A stretch of DNA of 63,363 nt, counting the filler, from Folioceros fuciformis (taxonomy: Eukaryota), in the NCBI GenBank assembly GCA_049999805.1. It is 11 parts of 11 records of this genome, joined end to end, with 100 filler letters (N's around TTAATTAATTAA, not from the genome) between each part and the next. Parts side by side here need not be neighbours in the genome. Positions count along the whole stretch, not along the records: positions 43,695 to 51,541 come from JBNGIO010001557.1; positions 51,642 to 53,536 come from JBNGIO010001558.1; positions 53,637 to 63,363 come from JBNGIO010001559.1; 8 more parts are not named here. One strand, 5' to 3'. Below, piece after piece: positions 46,962-60,700 of this stretch; position 1 is the stretch's first letter, and each line of letters opens with the position of its first letter. Under the pieces are notes generated by a model. That model was not told where the DNA came from. It saw only the letters and a program-made list of their open reading frames with translations, and ran no database searches. The position numbers were made by a program, and so were the translations under genes.

Positions 46962-49900
46962 TGAAGGAGAGGAGAGGAGAAAGAGAGGTCACACTCTCAT
47001 AATGAGTCTCTCAATATACAAGGGAGCTCAAGAGGGTATTTATACCCTCTAGAAGAGCTCCCTAGGAAGCTTCACAAGAAGCCCACAGGAAGCTACGCAA
47101 GAAGATTCCTACAGATTAGCTTAAGCTAATCTAAACTAATGATACTTAACTAGACACTAATCTTAGTCTAAACACATTAGTCTAAACACATTGGGCTTTA
47201 ATAACCCTACAACCTCTCACTTAAAGACCAATTTACCTTCATAGGAGAGTAGTCTACCTCATGCCCATGAGTGTCCGACCTTGTGCAAATTGCTCCGTAG
47301 AGAGCCCCTTGGTAAGAACATCTACAGGGTTCTGACTGGTGTGAACTTTGACAAGCTGTACCCTCTTGTCTTCCAACACCTCTCAAATGAAGTGATACTT
47401 CACTTCCACATGTTTGGTCTTCGCATGAAACACTGGATTCTTCACCAACTGGATAGCACTCTAGCTATCGCAATGCAACACTGGCAGCTCAACCTTGATC
47501 CCCAAATCTCCCACTAAACGAGCAAGCCACATGGCTTCCTTGCACGCCTTAGTCGCTGCAACATACTCGGCCTCTGTGGTAGATAGCGTTATGCACAATT
47601 GCAAACAAGATCACTATGAGACTGCCCCTCCAGTGCACATAAAGACATAACCTGATGTGGACCTCCTTTTGTTCATATCCCCTGCATAATCAGCATTTGT
47701 GTATCCCACGACAGATGCATCTTCGCTACCAAAACATAAGCACAAAGCTTTCGTTCCCATTCAAGTACCTCATAACTCCTTTCACTGCCTCCCAATGCTT
47801 TCTGCCAGGGTTTGACATAAACCTGCTAATCACTCCCACTGCAAAGGCAATGTCAGGACGTGTAGCAATCATTGCATACATCAAACTCCCTACAGCTCAT
47901 GAGTATGGAACCTTCTCCATTTCAGCTTTGTCCTCCGCAGAACTTGGGCAATCCTTGCTTGAACGTTTCACATATAGAGGCAACGGAGTACTCAATACCT
48001 TCCCCTTCTCCATATTGAAACGTTGAAGCACCTTGTTAATGTACTCAGTCTGAGAAAAGTAAAGCAAACGCTTTTGTCTGTCTCGACGAATACGCATGCC
48101 AAGAATATGGCTTACCTCTCCCAAGTCTATCATGTCAAAGCGAGCATTCAACTTTGACTTCAACGCTGAAATCTCATCACTGTTAGTCCTAGCAATTAGC
48201 ATATCATCCACATAGAGGACCAGAATGAGCAAGGTTCCATCCTTAGCTTGCTTCGTATAAAGGCAATGATCCTCATCGCTACGCTTGTAGCCTTGAGAAA
48301 GCATAAATGAGTGGAACTTGAAATACCACTCCCTTGTGCCTGCTTCAAACTATATAGGCTCTCCTTTAACTTGAAAACCAGACTCTCTTCGCCCTTCTCA
48401 ATGAAACCCTCTGGTTGCTGCATATATACCTCTTCCTAGAGATCACCATGCAAAAATGCCGATTTCACATCCATCTGGACAAGTTCCATGTCGTGTCTCG
48501 CAACAGGACCAAGAACGCATCGCAAGGTGGTCATTTTGACAACTGGTGAGAAAATCTCATCAAAGTCAATACCTTGCTGTTGCTTAAAAACCTTAGCAAC
48601 CAATCGTGCCTTGTACTTGGGTTTGCCATAATGGGGTATGTTCTTCATCTTACACACCCATTTGCATGGCAACGCCTTCTTGTCCCTAGGCAACCGAACC
48701 AACTCCCAAGTTTGGTTCTTGTGGAGCGAATCCATTTGCGACTGCATCGCCTTCTCCCACTTGTCTTTATCAATCACTGACATGGCTTCTTGGTAGCAAG
48801 AGGGTTCCCCACAATCCATCAGCATGACATAATTAAGAGATGCAACATACCTATTAGGAGGACATGAGATCCTTCCTGACCTACGAAGCATTGGCGCCTC
48901 GACCGGAGCTGGTTGCACTCTCTCCTCTTCTACAAGGGGAGGAATTTGATCCTGCACATCATGACGTTCAACCTGCGTAGGATGGTCAAATCCATCTTCT
49001 TGAAAAACCACCTGTTGCACCTCCACAGTTGGAGTAGGCTTCTTGTGCATCTTGGTCTCATTGAAAAACACGTCATTGTTGCAACCATCCTCTTGGCCTC
49101 TGGATTCCATAGACGGTATCTAGTCTCACCAGATTCACCATAGCCAAGAAAAATACATTTTCTTTACTTAGGAGCCAACTTGTCTCGAAACTCCTTAGGA
49201 ACATGGTAGTATGCCTCACAGCCAAACACCCGTAGATGCTTGTATGACGGCTTCTTTCCAGACCACATCTCCTGTGGAATCTGTTCATCCACATCCCTAT
49301 TAGGAGATCTGTTAATAAGATGCACCGTAGTAACCACTGCTTCTGCCCAAAATTCATTAGGCAATCCAGAGTTTGACAACAAACTACGCATCCTCTTCTG
49401 GATGATCCTGTTCATCTGTTCGGCCACACCATTCTAGGGAGGAGTATACGGCGTAGTCAATTCTCTCTTGATTCCCTTGGAATCACAGAATGATTGGAAA
49501 GCCTTCGAGACATACTCTCCCCTGTTGTCTGTCCTCAGACACTTCAGCCGAAGGCCAGACTAATTCGCCATAAGGGTGACGAATTTCTGAAACACTGTCA
49601 GAACATCATCCTTTTTCCTCAAAGGATAAACCCACACCTTGCATGAGAAGTCATCAATGAAAGTGACAAAATAAGATGCACCGCCTAACGATACAATGGG
49701 CATAGGTCCACAAACATCATTGTGAACCAACTCAAGAGGTTTACTTTTGTGTTTACCTCTTGCTCCATGTGGTGACTTCGTCTGTTTCGCATACAAACAG
49801 TGCTCACACACGGAGAAATCGGAGAAGTCAAAAGCAGGGACGTAACCAAAACGAGATAGGATCTTCAGTCCTTTTTGAGACATATGTCCTAACCGACTAT

Positions 49901-51541
49901 GCCACAAGGAAACACTTGGCTGTTCCGTTACACAAATCACATGATCCTGGAGAGTGGTTACCTGAAGTGAGTACAAAGTGCCACACTTCGATCCACGAGC
50001 TAACACAAGAGAACCTTTGGAGATCTTCCAAGAACGATCTCCAAACCAACAGTGGTAGCTAGCGTCATCCAACTACCCTGCGCTAATCATGCTTTTGGTC
50101 AACTTCGAAACATGCCTAACATCCTTCAGTACGAATGAAGATCCATTGTTGAACTTCAGCTGCACATCACCAACGCTTGCAATCTTGCATGCGTAGTTAT
50201 TTCCAAGCCGAACACATCCTTTCATAGTAGCATCATACGTGCCATAAACCACTCCCTATGTGGAGTAACATGGAAAGATGCTCCAAAGTCAATTATCCAA
50301 TTAGAGAATAAGTGACTCTCCACGGCTGTCAGTTGTGCAGAATCGAAGGAAGAAGAGGTAAGAACATCTCCATCATCAACAGAGTTCACCTTGTCACGCT
50401 TGACACTCGGACTTGCCTTGTTGTCGCTGTGCTGCTTCTCTTTGCCTTTGTCCTTCTTGAACTTCTCGTAGTCCCTTTTGATGTGTTCCTTCTTGTGACA
50501 ATGGTAACACTCAACATTGTTACGACTACGAGACTTACTACGGGAACGACTTCGCTCCTTGTACTTCCCCTTTGAAGTGGACCTTCCTCTCACCATGAGG
50601 GCATTGGAACCTTTCGAAGGTTCCATATTCTTCCTGTTTACCTCCTCTGTTAACAGGCTACCTTCTACATTTCAAACGATAAGACCATTGGCAAGAGCGG
50701 AATTACTTAGAGCTGTACGAAAGGTGTCCCAGCTCTCTAGTAATGTGACCAACAGAAACATAGCTCTCACGGAATTTGGGAAGGACATACCTTGAGATCA
50801 GAGCTGGCTGAAAATGGTATTGAACTCGTTCAGATGATCAGACATCCTTGTCTCTTCCTTCATCTTCAAGTCCACCAGCTGTTTCAACCAATACACCTGA
50901 GAAGCCGCACTTTGCTTCTCGTACAGGTCACACAACTTCTGGCATAGCTCGAAACTTGTGGTCTTGTCTTTCACGTTGAAGTAGACCGACTTCGACAATG
51001 TTAGCATGATGGTAGACCTAGCAAGCTCATCTAGATCCTACCACTCATCCTGAGTCATGCTAACGGGTTTCACTTCTAGTAGCTTGATGGGCTTGATCTG
51101 CTTCTTCTGTACTAGAACATTATACACTTGTTCTTTCCAGAACGGGAAGTTAGTACCATCTAAATTCACGATATTGAACATGACGTTTTTCGAGGACGCC
51201 ATGTTTCAAAATCGATGCAAATGAAGCAAAAGGCTAGTTAGAAAACAGTTGGAATGTAACGTAGATTCTAAAAGTTACCCACACAACTTGTTCCAAATTA
51301 GATGTCCACAACTTGGGCCTTGGTCGTTTACAACTTGAATGTCTCCCATCGTCCGATCGAGATCCTGACTTCCGCGGTCGGAATCAGTTTGGCGCCCATA
51401 CCCTTGGGTTTAGGGTTTAGGGTGCCCCGCTGGCACCTGGGTGGCGTCCCGCTGGCGCCCAAGTGGTGCCTCGTCGGCGCCCGGGTGGCGCCCCCGCTGG
51501 CGCCTTGATGGCGCCCGGGTAGCTCCCCAGTGGTGCCTCAC
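46962..51541 (-). mobile_element. Degenerate Ty1/Copia element B (Tnt1/Tork-like) nested in gag of element A; 3' LTR 46962-47211
   Basis: gag zinc knuckle CYHCHKKEH, PR WIIDFGASFH, SLWHSRLGHMS, IN DVCGP..FIDDFS, RT LYVDDML; PPT AAGTGAGAGG; LTR TG...CA interrupts the gag frame of A. Confidence 0.88.
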
Positions 51542-51641
51542 NNNNNNNNNNNNNNNNNNNNNNNNNNNNNNNNNNNNNNNNNNNNTTAATTAATTAANNN
51601 NNNNNNNNNNNNNNNNNNNNNNNNNNNNNNNNNNNNNNNNN

Positions 51642-52758
51642 GTTGCCGAGAACCCTACATCCAGCTTCTGCCCTGAGCTTCTGTCACTATCAGTGTCATC
51701 GTGGTTGAAGATTCTTCCCAGAAGCCCCGTTGTGTCAGTCTGATATGCCACAGGACACAGCTGATGCGCGTGCCAGAACAAATCGATGTCGTACGTGGGC
51801 ACCAGAAACACGTCGCCTGCTTGACTGGATTGCTTTACACGGGCCAGATGGAGGAAGGCTTTGTAGCGCATCAAGGAGACTTCCAAAAACCTTGCGTCCG
51901 TCATGTAAGCACGAGACACCTGAGGCCCAAGATCGGGGCGTCCATGGCCAGACCAGGGACGTGCGTCAGAAACTGTCGTCCTGCTTCAAAAGCCAGCAGC
52001 TGGAAGGCGGGAGTAAAAAATTGTGAGAGAACCACCTGGTAGAAGAAGGATCTCTGCCTGGCCACTGCCGCAGCCAAGTCATAGCTGCCATCACCGGTCT
52101 GCGGTTGCGAAGATACCGGAGGTTGTCCCACTGGCTGTCCTACGACCATCCCGCTGATGTTTGCGAAAGCACTGAGGTCAAGGAAGTAAGGCTCATCCGC
52201 ATACCGCTGTCCCCACAGCTGCGCGGTCTTCTGCCTGGCCAGTTCTTGCTGTGCAACATCCAGCAGAGGAGCATCGATGATCTCCCCATACAGTTCCTTG
52301 CAGTCCTTGACATACTGGATCTGCGTCAGCAGACAGTGCTCAGCAACCGTCACAAATGCTCAACATAGCCAATCTATGGACAAAGTTTGCAGGGCTGCAT
52401 CACTTACGGGGCTGAGGCGATGGCAATGCCAGATCCAGGCACAGTCCAACGGAGGAACAAGATGTTGCCCATCTGCCTCATCTGCCAGAGGTAGCCAGCA
52501 GGACTTATACCTGGATCACATCAACACGAGTCCCCATTCTCCATGAACATGTTTCATGTGATCCACACAAATGCACACAACGCTTCACTACCTCTTTATG
52601 GCTCGTGTGATGGCTTCGTCGTCCCAATAAAGGCAAGGATTTCGTTCCACCTGAGAAAGGAAATCTAACAAGAGCTTGGCAGCTTCAATCAAATTCACGC
52701 TGATTTGTATTGTTTGAGCAGACCCCCACTCGGCCTCTGGATTCCTCGAGCTCCCCAT
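51642..52758 (-). CDS. GRDP1: Glycine-rich domain-containing protein (DUF1399/GRDP), 3' part missing
   Basis: ISVNLIEAAK..FL, CWLPLA..LVPPLDCAWIWHCHRL, DLAAAVARQRSFFYQV, RYKAFLHL..FLVPTYDIDLFWHAHQL; three introns. Confidence 0.9.
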
Positions 52759-53032
52759 TATTCCGGCTAAAACTAACACTCCGCTGAATCCTACACGCCC
52801 GGTGCCCTCGCTGACCCCTTTGTGAGGTTCTGCAGCCTCAGTGCCTGCACAACCACGAGGGTAAGGAAAGCCACGCTTGGCTCCCTCAAATAGTTTGGCA
52901 CAGGCGAGGTTCCAGATCTAGGAACCGTACCGGACTTTTTCTAGGTGAATCGTGGGTCCTTTACCTCGGTTTCAAGTTGAAGGCATATCCCTTGTAGATT
53001 CAAGTTCAAGTGAAGCCTGGGACCTTCGCGTC

Positions 53033-53099
53033 GGCTTCAAGCTGAAGGCTTTATCTTTGATGGCTTCAAGCTGCAGGCTTTATCTTTGATTGCTTCAAG
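53033..53099. repeat. 29-bp tandem repeat x2.3
   Basis: ggcttcaagctg(a/c)aggctttatctttgat. Confidence 0.8.
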
Positions 53100-54084
53100 A
53101 GCAAACCTTGCTGCTCTGTTTGACACAAGGATCCCCAGCTTCCACGATGTTCCCTGTGTAAAAAATCCAGAGGACTTAGGGTCGTTTCCCATGTCGCCCG
53201 CCCCGGGCTTGGCCGGGTGACCACTTTCCTATGCTCGGCCCTTCCATGAAAATGGACGGTCAAGTGCCGGTTGTCCGTACCGCCCTTCATTGATTTATTT
53301 TACTTGTATCTTTTTACTCTCATCAACCATGCGCACAAGCGCGCAGAAGGGCTAGCCTACTTCCAACACGTGCAGAGCATGTAGGGGCATGGAGATGTTC
53401 AAGACCGCCACAATCCACAGGGGTATTTTCTTTTTGGCTGTGCGCGGCTCCATCAGCTGCATTACTGGTGTTTTTTTTTTTTTTTTTTTATGGAGCACTG
53501 GATCTAGGGAGCATAGTGACAGCGAAGCTCATGGAGNNNNNNNNNNNNNNNNNNNNNNNNNNNNNNNNNNNNNNNNNNNNTTAATTAATTAANNNNNNNN
53601 NNNNNNNNNNNNNNNNNNNNNNNNNNNNNNNNNNNNGCCGTTCATGCCAGCCAAGCAATCAGCCAGCCTATCATCAGACCCTGACCCCTGACACTGACAT
53701 ACCCAGATACCCGTTCCTATGTTCAAACCATTATTATATTATTTTTATTATTTTATATTATTATATTATTATATTATTATTTAATCATTTAATATTATAT
53801 ATCTTTAATTAATATTAAACTAATCACCCAACCCTATGGCCTGGTACCGAACCTAAACCTTCCTAGGTCTGGGACCAAACCTATACCCACTCTTATAACC
53901 AAACCAACTATTTCCTAGTCAATTAACCTAATTAGCACAAAGAAAAATAGGAAAAATGACCAGAAAATAAAGGAAAATTAGGGAAAATAAGTAGAAAAAG
54001 AAAACCAAACCATACCACTATTAACCCTTTTTCAACCAAAACAAACCACTACCCCAAACTTTGGAGGTTCACACCCTATCTGCG

Positions 54085-54230
54085 TGTAACTTAGAATGGC
54101 ATACCAGACCAAGAGGAAGCCTCTAGGAATGCTGAGGGATGTGCCTACGGTGATAGTAGGGATCACTTTCAAGTTGACCTACATTGTCATGAGGCCAGTG
54201 TCTGACCTAAGGTACAAGGTGCTTCTATTA
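54085..54230 (+). mobile_element. Ty3/Gypsy aspartic protease remnant
   Basis: LRMAYQTKRKPLGMLRDVPTVIVGITFKLTYIVM...KVLL resembles the C-terminal half of a retropepsin. Confidence 0.6.
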
Positions 54231-54706
54231 GAGTTATCATTACCTTTGGTTAGTGTGGAGTCCACATGGTAGGTAGGTCCCATAGAAAAAGGGTAGTGTT
54301 TGTTTTTTTTTGGGTTTTTGATTGAATGCCTTGGGGAAGTGGATGGAAAACTAGGTTAGAAAGGTAGGTCAGGGTCTAGATAGGGGTTGTGGTCGAAAGG
54401 GGACAGGCCTCGGTTCCTGGGGTTAGGGTGTCCAAATGAACAGGGAACCCTAGAATTGGTCGTGGGGAGGCAAGTCGAGGTTTCCTGGGAGAGTGCTGGT
54501 GGAAGTTGGGGACGGGGATGGAGATGTCGAGACGCTGCCCTGGTGCATCGGGTGGATAGGGATCACGAGAGCACAGCGGGCCGAGCTTGAGGGCAGGTAG
54601 CAAGATAGCCGACATGAGCAAGCTAGCAGGCCTTGGGCGACCTGGCCACACCAGGTGACCACACAGTCCGATGGCCAAATCTAGCAGGGCGGTTGCAGGT
54701 AGGATC

Positions 54707-57700
54707 TGCCAAAGTTGCAGAAGCATGAAAAACTAAAATAGAATAGAATTATCAAAGTGTTACAAAGTTGGTATTTTAAGGTCTATGACTAACCCTAGTT
54801 AACTAACCCATGTTTGGTTAAGTAACCCATGTTGGGTTAATCCCATTAATACCCTCACTTAAGCCAACATGCTTGGGGACGTACACCGCTAACAAACTTC
54901 GGATAAGTACGAAAAACGGGTTCCTGCAAACACACTACCTCATTACATCAGCACATGCAGACACAGCATAAGGGACGGGAAATTGCAGGGCTTCAACTAG
55001 AATCGTGTGAAGGCGGTGCACTGGCACAAGACATTCACAGCGCAATGCCACCAAGAGCGGGAAGCCGTGGAGCCCTGCGCCAAGGAGTTTCTGGAGGCGA
55101 GGCACCCAACATGCATCCACCTGAAGCTCCGTCACCGCCCGTTTTTATAGATCACGATCTACTGACGCGCCATGCTCAAGCTCTCTAGGGTCTGCGAGTG
55201 AGATGGAGCGGACCATTTGGGGTTGTGAGGCATCCAGTTGCAGACGAGGAAGGATCCAGTTCGCACCCTGTTGCCAGTGTCACCACACTAGATTCCACTG
55301 CCAACTTAGAAGGTGAGGAGGAGGAGGTGAACACATACACAAGGTATGTACCCCGACGTCTGGCCCAGAGCTCAAGCCGCAGTGGTGTCAACTCTCAGTT
55401 GCAGGTAGCTCTCACCAACGCAGTAGTAGCAACTAATCTTCTCGAAGCCGAGAGTGCTGAAGAAGATGATTAGTAGTCCACTGTCGAGGGAGAAGTACCT
55501 GCTCAAGCAACCCCACAAATCCCATACAGAAGACAAAGGTGTTGGGTCTGTGTTAAGCAAGATGGGAGGTGCACTGTGTGTGGTAGGAAATACCACAAGG
55601 AGATATGAAACTAAGCATCTATTAAGAGGTAGGAGAGTAAGGCTTTTCTTCACTAGTCACGTCTTGATTTCTGAACGACAGCTTCATCCCCTGACTAGAA
55701 TACTCACCCTTTACGTGGCTTGTCACAGGCGTGGACACAAACAAGCCTCTCCAAACAGAAAAAGTTAGGGAGCTCTACTGTTATGTGTTTTTGGTAATCA
55801 GCCTATGACTATGAGTAGAAGACACTAGATGACCTACAGAATAGGGAAGAGACCAGACAGCACCCAGACAAGTAACTTATCATGGATACGTAAATTCTCG
55901 TAACCCTAAGGCTGCAACATGTTGAAAGTGGCGGCTCCTCAGCAACCCTTTTGTAAGAATGTCTGTAGTGTTGTCATTTGTGTTCACATACTCCACCCTA
56001 ACAGTTCCACGTTCTGCAGCATCTCGTATATAGTGATGATATAACTTGATATGCTTGGTATGTGCATGAAAACGTGGATTGGAGACAAGGGCTATCGCAC
56101 TCATGTTGTCACAGAACAAAATGCTAGGTTCCTCTTGCTTCTGCTGAATTGATTCGAGAAATTGTCTTTCCCACTCAGCTTCCTTGCATGCATCTGTAAG
56201 TGCTTTATATTTGGCTTGGGTTGATGAGAGAGCAAGTGAGGTCTGTTTCTTACAGCTCCAACTCACCACATCAGAAGACAGTAGGAAACAATAAGCTAGA
56301 AGACTTCTCCGAGAATCTGCATCCGAGGCCCAATCAGCATCTGCAAAGGAGTTAAGTACCAAACTCTTTCTGCCACTTGCTGAATACTGTAGGCCATAGG
56401 AAACAGTGCCTTTCAAATATCTGTAAATCCGTTTTACAGCAGCCCAATGTATCCGTCTAGGTTGCTTCAAAAACTGAGACACAACACTGACTGAATAACT
56501 AATGTTTGGACGAGTCGAATTAGAGAGAAAAATGAGGCAACCTACTGCCTCAGCATAAGGGACAGCTGCCATCTCATCCTTGTCATGAGAAGTCTGGTCT
56601 TCGGTTGTCAACTTAACCCCCACTACTGAGGGAGTAGCAACTGGTCTAGCATGCTGTAAGTTGAAGCGACATAGGATTTCTTTCAAATACTTAGTCTGAT
56701 GCATAGTGATTATGCCAGCTGACCGATTTCTTAATATTTGAATGCCCAGACAAAACTGAAGATCTCCTTGATCTGTCATCTCGAATTCCCAGCGCAACAT
56801 CTCTTTAACTATGGCAAGTTGCTCAAGGTTGGTGCTCAACAGCACACAATCATCCACATACAATGCAAGGATGACAAACTGAGCATTAGCGGGAAGGAAA
56901 AATACATTGCTATCAGCAGGAGACTGAAGAAAGCCAAGCTGTTTAAGGTACTTCATTATGCGCTTATACCAGGCCCTAGGAGACTGTTTTAAACCATAGA
57001 TCGTTTTGAGTAGCCTACAAACTTTCTGTGGGTGCTTTTTGTCCACAAATCCTTCAAGCTGACCCATGTATAATGTCTCCTCTAACTCACCATGTAAAAA
57101 TGCTGTGCAGACATCCATCTGCTGCACCTCCAAATCTAGTTCAGCTGCCAAGGCCATCAGAATACGAATGAACGGGGGTTTTACCACAGGAGAAAACGTA
57201 TCACCATAATCAATCCCTGGTATTTGGCTAAACCCCCTTGCTACTAGCCTAGATTTATACCTGGCTATAGTGTCATCAGCATTGAGTTTAGTTTTGAAGA
57301 CCCACTTGCAACTAATGGGTTTTCTCCCTGATGGCAGGTCAACCAATTCCCACGTCTGGTTTTTAATGAGCGAATTGTACTCATCAGTAATAGAGAGCTT
57401 CCATTTTTCTCCATTAGGACCATGAACAGCTTCATAATAAGATTGGGGATCAGGGCACACTTCAGGTACACTCAAATCTACAGCATGTGCTTGAGGGCAA
57501 CAAAAATCAACTGACTGATATGGAGGTTTAGACCACTAGTCTCTAGGGCACCTGTCACGTGTAGGATACCTCGCTTCAGGTTGATCAGGGACTTCAACTG
57601 GAGGAAGAACAACTGAGGGCTCAGAATCTATCTGGTCTTCACCACCAGAAGAGGAACTTTCTAAAACATCCAGGTCCTCATTTAACTCATCATCTGAATG

Positions 57701-60700
57701 GACAGGTGCCGCTGGATCAAGATCAGCATCTAGGTGATCAGGGGGATCATCTTGCTCCACATCTAATGCATTTTCAAGTTCAGGTAATTCAGTAACAGAC
57801 TCTCCATCCGAACCAGGATATTCCACATAGGGAAAATGTTGAAGTTCAGTTGCTGAACTAACAGGAGTAAAATTGTCTACAACAGGCACAGATAATGATT
57901 TTGAATTGACCCCCACTGAAGCAAGCTGGTCTGAAGCAAGACTTGAATGGGGAGAGATTGGTTCATCAAACACCACACTCCTCGCCAACACCACTCTCTG
58001 GGTAGGTGAATCAAGCAACCTGTAAGCTTTGGAGGTTTTTGAATACCTTAGAAAAATATATGGTTTTGCCCTATCATCCAGCTTACGACGATGTGGCTTA
58101 GGGACATATGCATATGCTAGAGAACCAAAAACCCTCAGATGCAAAAGACTTGGTTTCTTCTTCCAAAACACTTCAGAGGGGGTTTTTCCTAGAACAGCTG
58201 CTGTTAGCAAGCGATTCAAGATATAAGCTACTGTTGAAATAGCTTCTGCCCAGAACCTCTTTGCTAAGCCAGCCCAACTTAGTATGCTTCTTGTCATCCC
58301 CATCAAAGTTTGATTCTTTCTTTCTGCAACTCCATCCTGTTGTTGAGTATATGGTATTGAATACTGATGAATAATGCCTTGTGATTGGAACAGATCATCA
58401 TATCTGTGGCCTGAAAACTCCCCACTATGATCCGTTTGAAGACATTTAATTAGGTTTCTAGTCTGTCTTTGGACCAAGGAAATCCAGGACTTGATACACT
58501 CAAAGGAATCACTCTTAAGCCTGATTGGAAAGACCCAAGTATATCGAGAGAAGTCATCAGTCAAGATAAGATAATATTCAGCACTACCCAAGGACCTAAC
58601 TTGAAGCTTTCTTGCAAGGTCAGCATGAACAAGTTCTAAGACTAACGTTGCCCTTTGTGCTTGCTTGTTCTTAAAGGGTAGCTCCTTTTGCTTAGAAAGA
58701 ACACAAGTGCTACACACAGATAGGTTCTTAAAGCAAGCAGGTGGTTTCTCCTTGAAGCTATTCAAAGGGGCCATCAAGTTGAGCTTTTCCTTGTTGACAT
58801 GGCCTAACCTGGCATGCCACAGATTTGCTTCGGAGGAAGATGACAAGGCATACACCAAGGGGGAAGTAGGACTGACATGCAGCCTATACAAGTCATCCAC
58901 AAGCTCTCCTCGTGCTATACAGAGTCCAGGAGCTGACAGACTATACATGCAGCAACTGCCCTGCTCAAAGGTAAAACCATAGCATCCTGATTTTGTAGCT
59001 GCTCTAACTGATAGTAGGTTCTTGGACATAGCAGGTACGTACAAAACGCCTTCAAGCTGTATATCCTCACCTTCTAGCAAAGAAATAGTAACTATTCCTG
59101 TACCCTTTACACCTACACCTCTTGCATCCCCCACATACACTAACTGAGGTGATGTTTGTGATGTGAAGGTGGAGAACAGACTCTGATTGTTGCACACATG
59201 TGACGTAGCACCAGAGCCTATGAACCAAGTAGAAGAGGAATCTCTGGTGGATGTGAAGCAGACTGTAAGAATAGTGGAGATGCTCTTACGAGAAGAGGTT
59301 GCAGAGCCCTTGTCCTTTGCAGCGACATGAGCCTCTAACCGAACCTCCTTCTTTGGCTCTCCAGCTTTCTTTTTACGACAGTCTCTCTCCCAATGACCAG
59401 GCAGCTGACACCAATGACAATTTCCTTGTCTCTTGGTAAGTGAAGCTCCTGTACCACCAGGTATCTTCTTACCCTTGCTCTTCATAAATGGTTTCCCCCT
59501 GGCAGCAAATAACACCTTCTCATTCCTGGCTCTTTGATGCTGCCCCCCAAGTCTATGGTGGGACTGTTGTTCTTGAAACAGTGCACCAGTAAGCTCGCTG
59601 AATGTAAGTGTTTGTGTCTGCCCAGCAAAGACTGCAGCCACAAAATCTCAAGGCAGCATTCTGGGTTGAAACAAAACTCTGATAGGAGGGAGGAAGGCTG
59701 GACAGCAGCTGAGCAACCACCTCGTTCTCAGTAAGTACACTGCCCAAAGAAGCTAATTGAGCTCTTAACACCCTGAAATGACTGATGTGTACAGCAACTG
59801 AATCACCTTCCTTCATCCTCAAGGAATGGAATTCATTCCTAGCAGCAACCAAAGTAAGGATGTTTTGCACCTGATAAGTTTCTTTGAGCTGATTCCACAC
59901 TGCTGCTGTAGATTGTAAGTATTCGACTTCTGTCACCGTGGCTTCATCCATGCCAGATAGAAGAACAGCAAAGGCAATTTTGTTGCCTTTGTTCCACATA
60001 GCAATCTCATCAGTAGTTGGTTGGACAGGGGCTGTAGCTGGAATCTTGCGAGGATCAGGCAGTGTTCCATTAACGTACTCCCACACATCCCGCGCATCCA
60101 AGTAGGCCTTCATCCGAGCTCGCCAACCCTCATATCGGGTTGATTTTCCATCAAACCGATCCTTTTCTTTGAACTCTCCTCCATAGCCACCAAGAACACT
60201 AGTAGGAACAGAAGACGACACAGTCATGTTAGCCATGACTGCAGCTAGCTGAGGTTGTGTTAACTAAATCACCACTGCGGCTTGTGAGGGACGGGACAAA
60301 AAGCCTACATCATCAACAAAGTCTGATGCTAAGACTAGGCGGGCTAGCGACTCAGACAAGGAATCAAAAATCTAAGTCATCCTCATCCATCCAACAAGCA
60401 GAGGGGCAAAAACACCCACCAACAACCAGGCCGGGTTAGCCTTTCTTCACTGTTCCATATTAAGTTTCAGCCGGCAATGTCAAGAGCCAATAGAAAAACA
60501 ATAACTTAAATTTGCGAAACGACAAGCCAGTCTACATACACGAAACGGCAGTTTAACCGTTCGTCCCTGTCCATTTAGTTGCAAATATTCCAGGCATCGA
60601 AACGGCACTAGCCGCACTCGCGCCTATCCAGATCTGCACCGAATTTTTCATAGCAGAGGCTTATCGCGGTGACGCCTGGGCACAGGCGCATGTGATACAG

